64,000 nt of DNA from Candidatus Multivoradales bacterium (GCA_965248925.1 CBDFLE010000006.1:2400001-2464000), one strand, 5' to 3'; numbered from the stretch's first letter, positions 50,431-61,537 are shown. Made by a program: numbers and translations. The notes: generated by a model from the letters alone, not told the origin.

Positions 50431-51282
50431 CACGTTGATCATTCGGGCACACCGCGGCAGATCACCCGAGGTGGACAGCAGGTGGCGTTGCACAACTACT
50501 ACCCGTTTGGTCAAGAAGCCACCAGCGCCGGGCAAGATGAGGTCGGGCTGAAGTTCACTGGGCATGAGCGGGACAAGACCGGGACTGGGGTGCGGAGTGA
50601 GCTGGATTACATGCATGCTCGGCATTGCAGCCCGGTGGTGGGGCGGTTCGTGAGTGTGGATCCGGCGAGATCGGCAGAATCCAGGGCGCCACAAAGTTGG
50701 AATCGATATAGCTACGGGCTGAATAGCCCTCTCAAGTATACTGATCCAGATGGCCGGGTTCTGAAGATAGCAAAGGACAGCAAGACGCAAAGGCGCATCG
50801 TCCCTGTGCTCGTGAGAACACTGAGAAGACCCTCGGGCCGTAAACTTGTCTCGGATCTCGCGAAGTCCGATATAGTCTTCACATTTTCTGAAGGTAAATT
50901 GAATAAGCCCGTGGACATCATCAGTTTTAGAAGAGGCCGGGCCGGCTCACTACGATTCGGTGTCAATCAGAACATGAAGCATAGCAATGGGAGGATCGTG
51001 AGCATCGATATTGTCCTGGATTCAGCGGCTATATCTGCGCATCCTATCGACACGACAGGCGTGACCACTGCAGCTCATGAATCATCTCACGGGAGCAGTA
51101 TTGCTGCCGGCCAAGCCAGTGGGTTAGTTTGGCACAAAGCCTGGGCCGAGGGGGTCAGAGGTGATCAGCCCGACAGCGCAACCGGACCAGCATCCCAAGA
51201 AGCGGCATCAGTGTTAAACGAACGTCGGGATATCAGCGCCAAGGATGCGAAGGCACTTTTGATGCAGTTCCTAACGCCGTAG
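50431..51282 (+). CDS. Orphan RHS cassette 3: HExxH C-terminus paralogous to that of RHS2
   Basis: PLKYTDPDG, LAKSDIVF, GRIVSIDIVLD and AAHESSHG. Confidence 0.85.
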   Translation, partial: HVDHSGTPRQITRGGQQVALHNYYPFGQEATSAGQDEVGLKFTGHERDKTGTGVRSELDYMHARHCSPVVGRFVSVDPARSAESRAPQSWNRYSYGLNSPLKYTDPDGRVLKIAKDSKTQRRIVPVLVRTLRRPSGRKLVSDLAKSDIVFTFSEGKLNKPVDIISFRRGRAGSLRFGVNQNMKHSNGRIVSIDIVLDSAAISAHPIDTTGVTTAAHESSHGSSIAAGQASGLVWHKAWAEGVRGDQPDSATGPASQEAASVLNERRDISAKDAKALLMQFLTP

Positions 51283-51297
51283 CAGAAAGGAGGAGAG

Positions 51298-51906
51298 ATG
51301 CAATACGTCATGTGCCGGACCCTACTTGTGTGCTTGCTTGCTCTTGTTATTTTTGGATGTTCTCATGGGGCGAAGCGGGATGTTATCTCTGGAGGAACTG
51401 GACCTCTTGATACCTATCATCTTGAACGCCATCCATGGGGAGACGACGCTACGATATTTGGAGGACCAAGGTCAGAATCTCTGCAAGGTCAAGGGGTGGA
51501 GGGGGTTGGCTTGGAGATGACCTCCTGCTACGGATTTTGCCCTCAGTTTACAGTAATATTCTGCGTGGATGGCACGGCCTGGTACTGTGGCAGAGCAAAC
51601 ACGGAGCCGCTAGGGTGCTACACTGGCAAGGTCCCGATCTCGGAGTTTAAAATCGTTGCTGCTGCGATGGAAGATGTCGGATTCTTCGAACTCGATCATA
51701 CTTACGCTGACCTCAAGACCGACGATTCTTCCGCGCTGGTTGCAGGGCTCAAAGAGGGAAGGGTCGTTGTAGTTAGAGACTATGCGGAGAGCGCACCTCC
51801 TCGGCTGTGGCTGCTTGAGTTTCTTCTTGGTTCAATGGTCGATCGTGTCACTTGGGATCCTATCGATGCAAAGACTGTTGACTTCAACCAATGCGACTCG
51901 GGTTAG
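51298..51906 (+). CDS. Putative immunity lipoprotein, DUF6438-like (paralog of 45060)
   Basis: VIFGC lipobox; VGLEMTSCYGFCPQF; RDYAESAPPRLWLLEFLLG. Confidence 0.75.
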   Translation: MQYVMCRTLLVCLLALVIFGCSHGAKRDVISGGTGPLDTYHLERHPWGDDATIFGGPRSESLQGQGVEGVGLEMTSCYGFCPQFTVIFCVDGTAWYCGRANTEPLGCYTGKVPISEFKIVAAAMEDVGFFELDHTYADLKTDDSSALVAGLKEGRVVVVRDYAESAPPRLWLLEFLLGSMVDRVTWDPIDAKTVDFNQCDSG

Positions 51907-52005
51907 GAGTTTAGGGACGCGATCAAGATCGTATCGAAGGAGGCTCGTGACAATGCTTGGAACAAGAGCTAAACGCTGTCTTGTGCCCGACTAGCGTTCA
52001 GATTA

Positions 52006-53746
52006 CGCCACCAACGATCCGCAGCGCACGGTGAATTTCAACTACGAGAAGGGTATGCTCAGGTCCGTGCCTGGATTCGCCAACAACCTCACCTACCAGA
52101 GCGGCGACATGCTGCATCAGCTCACCCACAGCGATGGTGTGGTCGACACCCAACAAGTCAGCAGCTCCAACGGCCTAGCCAGGCCGCACCAGCTGACCAC
52201 CTCCGCGGGCTGGAGCAGCGGTAAGTTCTCCTACGACGGAGCCGGCAACATCTCGGCCATCGGCAACCTGGCCTACCGTTATGACCGCCTCGGCCGATTA
52301 CGCTCCGGCCAGACCTCCGTCGGCGCCACCCTCTTCACCCAGACCGCGAGCTACGACAATTTCGGCAACATCCAGCAGCTGTCGACGCCAGGTTTCTCAG
52401 CTCTCAACCTCAACCCCAGCGCCACCACCAACCGCTTCGGCCTCTCAGGCGCCCAGTACGACGCTGCCGGCAACCTGACCGACATCACGATCGGCAGCGA
52501 GAGCTTCGACTACGCCTTCGATGGCGCCAACATGATGAAGCACTTGCGCTCGAACACCGATCAAGCGCGGGTCTACATCTACAACGCCAGCGACGAGCGG
52601 ATCCTCACCTTCGACTGCTTCGGCGCCGGCGCGACCAGCACCTGCACCACCCAGCCCGCCAGTCTCACCTGGACCCTGCGCGGGCTCGGCAACGAAGTCC
52701 TGCGAGTCTACGATCAGCCGGCTGGCGGCGCCTTCAGCTGGAGTCGAGACTACGTCCATCGCGGCGGGCAACCGCTAGCCACCATCGAGCCCGACGGCAG
52801 CGGCGGCGAGATGACCTCACATCTCCATCTTGATCATTTGGGCACCCCCCGGCAGATCACCCGTGGTGGTCAGCAGGTTGCGTTGCACAACTACTACCCG
52901 TTTGGTCAGGAAGCGACCAGCGCGGCCCAGGACGAGGTCGTGCTGAAGTTTACCGGGCATGAGCGGGACAAGACGGGGACGGGGGCGAGGAGCGAGCTGG
53001 ACTACATGCATGCTCGGCATTGTAGTCCGGTGGTGGGGCGGTTCTTGAGTGTCGATCCGGCGAAGTCTGCTAAGACTGGCACACCACAAGGTTGGAATCG
53101 ATATATCTATGGTGCCAACAGCCCAATGACCTTCGTAGATTCAGACGGACTGGCACCAACTGCTGCCCAAGTGGCCTCGAGTGCCAGTGAAACGGCTAAG
53201 AAGCACATAGTTGCCGCTGCTGGGTTGGGGGGAGGATTCCACCCTGGGTTCGCCAATTTCATTGTTGGCGCTACTCTCGATGTTTTTTCGATGGGCGACG
53301 CGACCGGCGAGGCGATCGGGACAGGTGAGGGCCTTGCGGGTGCCGTAGTCTCTGACACGCTGAGAGTGGCTGCTCTTGCGGGAGGTCTTGGAGCGACCGG
53401 CAGGGCCCTTTCCCGAGGCGCAGCATCAGCGCGTACATTCCTAGGGGGCAGGCTCGTCGCCAATGAAGTATTTGTTGGGGAGATCGGCACCGCCAGAAAA
53501 CCTGTTGAGATATTTGCGAAAGTCACATTCGAAGGAAAGACTCTTCGCCTGGACAAATTGGCTATCTTCCCAAAAGGAGCTGAAAGCCTTCAGTTGGGTC
53601 CACGGCAAATCTTGGCAGCAAGGAAAGCCCTTGAAGCAGAGGCAAGGCGACTAGGGTTTACGAAAATACGGCTCACGGTGAGCCGCCTAAGCGGCGCCAA
53701 CCCAGGAAGAACTTTCGACTTAGTCATTGACCTAGTGAGGCAATAA
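52006..53746 (+). CDS. Orphan RHS cassette 4: Gly/Ala-rich linker + small basic C-terminal domain
   Basis: Core repeat, PMTFVDSDG, then an unknown C-terminus ending GANPGRTFDLVIDLVRQ. Confidence 0.85.
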
Positions 53747-53759
53747 GAGGCGTGTTAAA

Positions 53760-53978
53760 ATGAACTACGAGAGATTACTAACAAGGCTTCGTAGCGAAGG
53801 CAATTCCAAGATTCAATCGATGAAGATACTTGTTGAAACAACAGATATTTCCATTGACGAGGTGAAGAATGTTGTTCACAGAAGTAGGACTTGGAAGGAT
53901 GTTGAGTCTCAAGATGATAACTTTCATGACGCGCTGGAAAGATCGAGCGATTTCTTAGCTCGGGTATCCACCGACTAG
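53760..53978 (+). CDS. Small cytoplasmic putative immunity protein
   Basis: Follows cassette 4; low GC; SKIQSMKIL..ISIDEVKNVVHRSRTW. Confidence 0.65.
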   Translation: MNYERLLTRLRSEGNSKIQSMKILVETTDISIDEVKNVVHRSRTWKDVESQDDNFHDALERSSDFLARVSTD

Positions 53979-54009
53979 GTGCTGAGAAGTGCTGCCGCCG
54001 AGAGCGTGC

Positions 54010-55048
54010 CACCCACCTCGGCAAGACCCTGCGTGGGCTCGGCAACGAAATCCTGCGAGTCTACGATCAGCCAGCTGGCGGCGCATTCGGCTGGGCCCGA
54101 GACTATGTTCATCGAGGCGCACAGCTGCTAGCCACCATCGAGCCCGACGGCAGCGGCGGCGAGATGACCTCGCACCTGCACCTTGATCATTTGGGTACGC
54201 CTCGGCAGATCACTCGGGGTGGTCAGCAGGTGGCGTTGCACAGCTACTACCCCTTTGGTCAGGAGGCGACCAGCGCGGGTGCTGATGAGATTCAGCTTAA
54301 GTTCACCGGCCATGAGCGAGACAAGACCGGAACCGGGGCGAGGAGCGAGCTGGACTATATGCACGCACGGTATTGCAGTCCGGTGCTGGGGCGGTTCTTG
54401 AGTGTCGATCCTGTAGCCAAGGGTGAGGAGAGCAGACCACAGAGCTGGAATCTGTTTTCATACGCAGGGAATAGTCCGACAAACAGACTCGATCCCGATG
54501 GTAGAAAGGATCGAAGGACAAGCCAAGAAGTAGTGCTGACGGAGGACGCGGACGTTCAGATTGCGATTTTAGAGATTCTTAGGCAGACGCTCTTAGATAG
54601 GCCGGTGCTCCAGCGTCAAGAGGCTGGCGTAGTAGTCACAGAGGATGGTCCAAATGACTTCGGGCTAGACACGGGTGGAGTAAAGACAGATGGGAACCTT
54701 ACTCAAATTACCTTTCGTCTTCGCAAGAAAGCAGACGGCGCGATCGTTGGATTGAATAACAATCGGGTAGCTGCAACGATCCATAGTCATGTAGGAACAG
54801 CTAGAGTGGTCATAGATGGGCAGAGAAAAACGTTGGCCGGAGGGATTCCCAGCCCAGCAGATCGAAGTCAAGCCAAGGCGATCGGCGTGCCAGTTCTGAT
54901 TCTCAACGGGGAGAGGAGTATCATCAAGGTCGAGTCTGTTGGAAACAGCACGCGGTCTACGGTGATCCTCTCTGGTCGAGACATGAGGAGCTACCTACAA
55001 CGAGCGCGTGCCGCTGCCGCACCGCCAACTGGAGACCTAAATGATTGA
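54010..55048 (+). CDS. Orphan RHS cassette 5: JAB/MPN-like C-terminus
   Basis: Frameshifted core fragment, PTNRLDPDG, then QEAG...TIHSH...PSPAD. Confidence 0.75.
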
Positions 55049-55544
55049 TTCGAGAATTGTCTTTCTGGCTCTAGCTCTAGTGGCTTTCCAGTCTTGGCCT
55101 TGCTTTCTCTCCGCGACCGAGGAAGAGAGCATCGGCGACCCAGGGTGCCCTGTCAGGTTCGGTCGAGTTTATAGAAATGAGGGCGCCACCATACTGGAAG
55201 TATTACCTTCAGATCTGCCAGAAACAATCGAGATTCTCGACCAGCCAGATGGTGCCGCGATCTTCAGAGCAGAGTCCGAAGACCCCACCGCAGTCTACGG
55301 CACCTTTTTCCTAGAACCACCAGTTGCAACCAAGACAAGCTTCTTTCCGAGATCAGGACTGAGCGCAGCGACTTGGGTCACGGTAACGTCAAATATTGGT
55401 CTTGTGGAACAGATTCCAGCAGGGATCTACCGACTGAAATTACAATATATAGGTCGTCATGAAAATGGAAGCAAGATCAAAGTTTGCCTTGCAATCTCCC
55501 CGACATTTGTCGAAGACGAGGAGTCGTTATATACGTTTCACTGA
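55041..55544 (+). CDS. Putative secreted immunity protein
   Basis: Overlaps the toxin stop; signal peptide; paired Cys residues. Confidence 0.65.
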   Translation: MIDSRIVFLALALVAFQSWPCFLSATEEESIGDPGCPVRFGRVYRNEGATILEVLPSDLPETIEILDQPDGAAIFRAESEDPTAVYGTFFLEPPVATKTSFFPRSGLSAATWVTVTSNIGLVEQIPAGIYRLKLQYIGRHENGSKIKVCLAISPTFVEDEESLYTFH

Positions 55545-55639
55545 AGCGGGGTGGCAGCAAGCACGAAGACGGAGATGCCGATCGCGGGTCAGAGCTTTTG
55601 GCCTGTGCTAGTCTTGAAATGAAGGCGTCAGGGGAGATC

Positions 55640-55875
55640 AGGAGGATATAACCAGGAAGAGCCCTCGGTCTGGTCGTTGACATTGTCAAGCAAGGGAAGC
55701 ATATCCACATGAAGGATGAAAAACTTCGGAGGCAACTCAGGGCGAAGATAAATTCAACGATTCAATCCATGAATATACTCTTCGGGACAAGTAAGTGCCT
55801 CGTTTGGCGAAGTTAAGGGCATGGTTCACAGAAGTGGAGATTGGCAAGAAGTCGAGCCTCAAGTGATAGTTCTAA
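55640..55875 (+). pseudogene. Eroded copy of the cassette-4 toxin tip and its immunity gene
   Basis: CCAGGAAGA..GTCGTTGAC, GATTCAATC.ATGAA.ATACT and GTTCACAGAAGT match 53700-53925, with indels. Confidence 0.65.
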
Positions 55876-56140
55876 CGGCCATCAGAAACCGGTGTAGTTT
55901 GGCCACTTCGCTCTTTTTTCCCAAGAACGGACTATGGTCTACGGCCATAGCAAACGCTGGCGGGCGGCCTCAATGACGAAGGTGGATCAGAGGCCGGAGC
56001 ATCGAAAAGTCCAAGATTTTCGGCGTCTTGGGAACTCTGAAAGGAAGAATTCGCGCCTGACCAACTTGCATCGAGCTGAACGAACTGAACCGAGCATGTA
56101 TGGGAGGGTCCAATCTTGGCTCGCCAGTTGCGTAGAAACC

Positions 56141-57561
56141 CCTCAGTCGGTGCCACCCTCTTCACCCAGACCGCGAGCTACGACAATTTCGGCAACATCC
56201 AGCAGCTGTCGACGCCAGGTTTCTCAGCTCTCAACCTCAACCCCAGCGCCACCACCAACCGCCTCGGCCTCTCAGGCGCCCAGTACGACGCTGCCGGCAA
56301 CCTGACCGACATCACGATCGGCAGCGAGAGCTTCGACTACGCCTTCGATGGCGCCAACATGATGAAGCACTTGCGCTCGAACACCGATCAAGCGCGGGTC
56401 TACATCTACAACGCCAGCGACGAGCGGATCCTCACCTTCGACTGCTTCGGCGCCGGCGCGACCAGCACCTGCACCACCCAGCCCGCCAGTCTCACCTGGA
56501 CCCTGCGCGGGCTCGGCAACGAAGTCCTGCGAGTCTACGATCAGCCGGCTGGCGGCGCCTTCAGCTGGAGTCGAGACTACGTCCATCGCGGCGGGCAACC
56601 GCTAGCCACTATCGAGCCCGATGGCAACGGCGGCGAGATGACCTCACAGTTGCACCTTGATCATTTGGGCACTCCCCGGCAGATCACGCGTGGTGGTCAG
56701 CAGGTGGCATTGCACAACTATTACCCGTTTGGTCAAGAGGCGACCAGCGCGGGGGCTGACGAGATTCAGCTGAAGTTTACCGGGCATGAGCGGGACAAGA
56801 CGGGGACGGGAGTGAGGAGCGAGCTGGACTACATGCATGCTCGGTACTGTAGCCCGGTGCTAGGGCGGTTCCTGAGCGTTGATCCGGCGAAGTCTTCCGT
56901 TTTGACCCAGAGCACAACCTGGAACCGGTACTCCTACGTTTCCAACAATCCGCTGCGCTACAATGATCCTTCGGGTCTACGCCAGAACCCAGTGACTGGA
57001 GGCAGGGGGATCAACTCAAAACCTGCCAACGGCGTTTTTGGAAGGATCAGGAGAAATAGCTCAAACCCGAGAATCGGTCTCTTCGGGAGAACACGGCGTT
57101 TCGCAAGTGGGAAACCTCGCCCTCACTCTGGCCTCGACATCAACGCGCCTGTTGGAACCCGCTTGTTCGCGGCAGAGGGGGGAACAGTCAGTCTCCGAAC
57201 GAATGTTCTTGCTGGTAACCAGCTCGTGATCAGGACATCCTCGGGTACCCAATTGTTCTATTCTCATCTCAATGGCTTCGCACCAGGATTGAAGAACGGA
57301 GCTACCGTGCTCGAGGGTGAAGTCATCGGAGCGTCAGGCACCACGGGAAACGCAATGGGTATAGCAACTTCGGAGGAGCATCTACATTTCACAGTCAAGG
57401 GTCCTGGTGGCGTAAGAGTAGATCCGTTGATCTGGCTCAATGACCCATACGAGGCCGATCCTAGAATCTCTTCAGAGCCACCGCCTGCACCATGTCAATG
57501 CAGTACAAACCCTCCAGACCTTCAAGGAGCGCTGATCCAGCTCTATCTCCAGGAGCCATAG
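56141..57561 (+). CDS. Orphan RHS cassette 6: M23 peptidase C-terminus (paralog of cassette 1)
   Basis: DPSG, HSGLD and HLH motifs. Confidence 0.85.
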
Positions 57562-58157
57562 TGAGACATTTGGCAATAATCGTCCTCGCGGCCTTTGGCT
57601 GCTCACAAATCTTGGGCCAGTCTACGTCGCCGACTAGTTTGGACATCCATCAACTCTCAGAATTGTTACTTGTACCTCCCAACCGACTGGTCTACGAGCT
57701 GGGTTCCCCAGAGTTGGTTTTTCTCGATGGAGCTGACTCAGAAGGCCCTCCAACGCCTCATGATGGTCTTGAATTTCGCTACTCGATTGTTCTCTGGGCA
57801 AAGAGGCCCTATCCGGCCACGGTGTGGGTTCACCTTGACGCAAACTCCTTTCTTGTGAAGGCGATCAACCTTGAATTCTCCGGCCCAAGACCCGAGTTAG
57901 CAGAGTTGGAGACAGCAGCTGATGCACCAAAGCGCATAGTAGAGCATGTGATGATCTGGGATGAAGGCGAGCTGGAGGGCTGGCTGAGCGAGTGCCACCA
58001 TCCTGGCGGCCCAATTCAGAGCTGGGTGTTTCAGGATCTCGGGCTTCAGGTTCTGTTGGAAGAGGGTGCTGGCTCTGAGAAGCCGGTCGTAGACCTACTC
58101 TCGTTCTCGGCGCAGATCAAGTCTGGCGGACTTAGCTTTCCACCCTGCGACGACTAA
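57561..58157 (+). CDS. Putative immunity lipoprotein (paralog of 47363)
   Basis: LAAFGC lipobox; GADSEGPPTP and IWDEGEL.GWLS.CHH. Confidence 0.72.
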   Translation: MRHLAIIVLAAFGCSQILGQSTSPTSLDIHQLSELLLVPPNRLVYELGSPELVFLDGADSEGPPTPHDGLEFRYSIVLWAKRPYPATVWVHLDANSFLVKAINLEFSGPRPELAELETAADAPKRIVEHVMIWDEGELEGWLSECHHPGGPIQSWVFQDLGLQVLLEEGAGSEKPVVDLLSFSAQIKSGGLSFPPCDD

Positions 58158-58187
58158 GGGCCCGCGAAAAGACAACTTCCGAGTACC

Positions 58188-58402
58188 GACATCCAGAATC
58201 CCCTGGCCCCCGAGCCCGGCTCCCTCGACGTCAAGCTCTCAGAGAGCTTCCGCTACACCGGTCGTCAGGGCCTGATGTCGGAGAAGCAGACCCGCTATCA
58301 GTTCTTCGCCGGCAACTACGCCTTCACCACTGGCTTTGGCTATGACACCCAGGGCAACTTGTCGCAACTCGACTACCCCGACTGCCAGCAGGCCGATGGC
58401 GG
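58188..58402 (+). pseudogene. Truncated RHS core fragment
   Basis: Starts at the same junction as cassette 2 (GTACCGACATyCAGAATCCC) and ends after QADGG. Confidence 0.75.
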
Positions 58403-58431
58403 CTTAGGGGTTCTTCGGAGGGTCAAACGAA

Positions 58432-58734
58432 GTGAAACGACTTATCCTCGTCATAACACTGCTCGCGTTTTCACTTGTAGCGTATGCCGAGCACACACCG
58501 GTTGCGGAGTGGCTGAAGACATACAACAACTCGGTCGATCAGCCCTTCTTGACTGCGGTCGAGCTGAGGGCAGAGCAAGCGCTGACTATTCTCGAACGGC
58601 TGGGTATCGAGCCCGGTAAGGCTCAGACACCTAACTCTACGTCGATACGGGCGACTGCCGATGCCTGGGAAACAACGTTCCAATCTCCCTTTCGTCGAGC
58701 TGGATGGCCAGCGGCCAGCGGAAACCGCTGGTGA
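58432..58734 (+). CDS. Small secreted hypothetical protein (possible orphan immunity, possibly truncated)
   Basis: GGAGG RBS; signal peptide MKRLILVITLLAFSLVAYA. Confidence 0.5.
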   Translation: MKRLILVITLLAFSLVAYAEHTPVAEWLKTYNNSVDQPFLTAVELRAEQALTILERLGIEPGKAQTPNSTSIRATADAWETTFQSPFRRAGWPAASGNRW

Positions 58735-58790
58735 GATTATTCACCAGCTCGTCTGTTGGGAGACGTAGTCCCGTACGTGAGACCCGTTGG

Positions 58791-58818
58791 CAAGAAAGTC
58801 CTGAGATGGCATCCCGCC
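58791..58818 (+). repeat. 28-bp direct repeat, copy 2
   Basis: Identical to 34253-34280. Confidence 0.9.
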
Positions 58819-59204
58819 GACTCCGGCTACTCGCCGTCCTTCGGTAGAGTTGCCTATTCCGACGAAACTGACCAGCCATTCCGATCGAAACCGACCACTT
58901 GTCGGAGCGAAGCGACGCTGGCGCTCTCCTCAGTTGTAGGTGTCCACTTTCGCTGTAGCTGGAGCCCTCCTTCCGGTTCTTCTTCTTGGTTGATTGTATT
59001 CAAATAACCCGTCGTCGGGGCTGTGCGTAGCTGTGGGAAACGCGGGTGGGTGGCCGGGGGGCGTTTTCCAAGCGGCTGTGGGAATCGCAGAGCGATTTCC
59101 ACAGCCGCGGCAGCTTCCACAGTCCATCTTGGGTCGGGTCCGGATCGGGCCGCAGGCCCGCTGATGGGTCAGGATCGGCGATCGCTTCAGCATGCTCTTG
59201 GATC

Positions 59205-59969
59205 TCACCTTGCCTCTCGCTGGGCGGCCTTGCGAATACCGCCGGCTCTCTTCGCCCGCATGGAGTCACCGTCCACCGCGAGCTTGTAGGCGCCGTGGAC
59301 AATGCGATCGAGGATGGCGTCGGCCAAGGTCGGATCGCCGATGACCTCGTACCAGCTCTCAACCGGTAGCTGGGAGGTCACCAGCGTGGAGCGGTTGCCG
59401 TAGCGGTCCTCAAGAATCTCGAGCAGGTCGCGCCGCTCGCTGGCCCCGATCGGCGCCAGCCCCCAGTCGTCGAGGATGAGCAGGTCTGTGCGAGCATAGC
59501 TCTTGAGCAGCTTCTCGTAGCTACCATCACCCCGCGCGATGGCGAGCTGGCGAAACAGCCTCGGCACCCGCAGGTACAAAGCGGTGTAACCCTCCCGACA
59601 TGCCTTGTGCGCGAAGGCGCAGGCGAGAAAGGTCTTGCCCACCCCGGCCTTGCCGGTGATCAGCACGTTGAGATGCTCGGCGATCCACTGGCACGAGGCC
59701 AGGCGCAGGATCTGGCCTTTGTCCAGGCCCCTCTTGGCTCGCCAGTCGATGTCTTCGATGGCCGCCTGCTCGCGCAGCTTGGCTTTTCGCAACCGCGCTA
59801 TCAAGCGGCGGCTGGATCGCTCGGTCGCTTCGCGCTCGACCAGCAGCCCGAGGCGCTCTTCGAAGGAGAGCTCTGAGACATCGACCATCGACAGCTGCTC
59901 CTCAAAGGCTTTGGCCATACCGTGGAGCTTGAGCGCGGCGAGTTGATCGAGCGTCGCGTGCCTCAGCAT
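59205..59969 (-). CDS. istB: IS21 helper ATPase
   Basis: GKAGVGKT, LLILDDWG and DAILDRIVH. Confidence 0.95.
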   Translation of the reverse strand: MLRHATLDQLAALKLHGMAKAFEEQLSMVDVSELSFEERLGLLVEREATERSSRRLIARLRKAKLREQAAIEDIDWRAKRGLDKGQILRLASCQWIAEHLNVLITGKAGVGKTFLACAFAHKACREGYTALYLRVPRLFRQLAIARGDGSYEKLLKSYARTDLLILDDWGLAPIGASERRDLLEILEDRYGNRSTLVTSQLPVESWYEVIGDPTLADAILDRIVHGAYKLAVDGDSMRAKRAGGIRKAAQREAR

Positions 59970-61537
59970 GGCGGCGTCTCCTCGCGGCGCGCGGCACTGT
60001 AGTAGCTGGCGCCGCGGACGTTGTGGTGCTCGATCGGCGCCGTCACTTCGGTGGGCTCGGGCGCTGCTTGCTGGTCCAGGCCGCTCTTCAGGATCGACTT
60101 CACGCTCTTGTAGGACAGGCCGTGAATGGCGAGCGCGCGGCGGCACGCAGCCTCCAAACGATTGGCACCATAGGTCTTGCCCAGGCGCATCAGCCCCAGA
60201 CACGAGCGAAAGCCGTGCTGAGGATGGGAGCGGTTAAGCATGATGGTCTCCACCAGTTCGGCCGTCGCCTGGCCTGTTTTCGCCGCCCAGCTGATCAGCC
60301 GTGTCGGTGTCCACTCCAGGTACGCCTGGTGCGCTTTGGGCATGTGCTCGCTCTGGGTCGTGTGCCGACCCCGACACCGATTGCGACGATGAGCAGCCAC
60401 ACGCTTGCCGCGATCGAGCACCTCCACCAGTTGCGCCGTCGCCCGCAGATCGAGCTGCTTCTTGATCAGCTGGTACGGCACACTGTAATAGTGGCCCTCG
60501 AACTCGACGTGGTAGTCCGGGGCAACGCGTACCTTCTTCCATTCGGCAAGCTCGTAGGGCTGGAGCGGCAAAGCACCCAGAGCAGGACGATCGACCTGCT
60601 CGAACAGCGCTCGGCGCGAGACGCCCAACACCTTCAGCGGACGGTCGTTAAGCTCGACCAGAAGCTTCGCGATGCTCTCGTTGAGCTCTCGCAGGCTGAA
60701 GAACTGCTGGTTACGCAGCCGGGCCAGAATCCAGCGCTCCACTTGCAATACACCGTTTTCGACCTTCGCCTTGCCTTGGGGCTTCCTCACCCGCGCCGGC
60801 ACCACCGCCACGCCGTAGTGCTCGGCCAACTCCGCGTAGGTGCGATTGATCTCCGGCTCGTAGCGGCACGGGCTGGTCACGCCGCTCTTCAGATTGTCCG
60901 GCACCACCAGCTCGCTCACCCCGCCCAGAGCCGCGAAGGTCCGCACATGAGAGCCGATCCAGTCCTCCAGGCCCTGGCTCCACGTTGATTCGGCATAGGT
61001 GTAGTTGCTCGCCCCCAGCACCGCCACGAAGATCTGCGCTTCGCGCGCTTTGCCAGTCGCCGGGTCGATCACCCTCACGGTCTGTCCGGCATAGTCGACG
61101 AACAGCTTCTCGCCCGCCCGGTAGGCTTGGCGCAGGCACACATCCAGGCGCCCTTCCCAGATCCGGTACAGCTGACAGAAGCGGCTGAAACCGTAGCCGT
61201 CAGGATGGTCCTCCCGGTACTCTTGCCACAGCAGCGACAGGGTTACGCCCTTCTTCTTCAGCTCGCCATGCACCTTGGTCCAGTCGGGCAAGGCTCGCTG
61301 ACCACCCCTCCGAAGCGGCTGCGGCCGAGGGTACAGGCGTTGCTCCAGCTCAGCGTCGCTCAAAGCTGCTACTTGCTCCCAGCTCAGGCCTTCAACCTTG
61401 GCTCGCAGCAGGTAGTTGCACACCGTCCCGTGGCCCAGCCGAACCGACCGTCCGATCTGGCGGTGCGACAGGCCATGCTGCCATTTCAGTCTCAGTACCT
61501 CGCGTATCTTGCGCATCGATGTCCTCACTCTCGGCAT
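59963..61537 (-). CDS. istA: IS21 transposase
   Basis: FVDYAG, VPDNLKSGV and KAKVE. Confidence 0.95.
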   Translation of the reverse strand: MPRVRTSMRKIREVLRLKWQHGLSHRQIGRSVRLGHGTVCNYLLRAKVEGLSWEQVAALSDAELEQRLYPRPQPLRRGGQRALPDWTKVHGELKKKGVTLSLLWQEYREDHPDGYGFSRFCQLYRIWEGRLDVCLRQAYRAGEKLFVDYAGQTVRVIDPATGKAREAQIFVAVLGASNYTYAESTWSQGLEDWIGSHVRTFAALGGVSELVVPDNLKSGVTSPCRYEPEINRTYAELAEHYGVAVVPARVRKPQGKAKVENGVLQVERWILARLRNQQFFSLRELNESIAKLLVELNDRPLKVLGVSRRALFEQVDRPALGALPLQPYELAEWKKVRVAPDYHVEFEGHYYSVPYQLIKKQLDLRATAQLVEVLDRGKRVAAHRRNRCRGRHTTQSEHMPKAHQAYLEWTPTRLISWAAKTGQATAELVETIMLNRSHPQHGFRSCLGLMRLGKTYGANRLEAACRRALAIHGLSYKSVKSILKSGLDQQAAPEPTEVTAPIEHHNVRGASYYSAARREETPPC

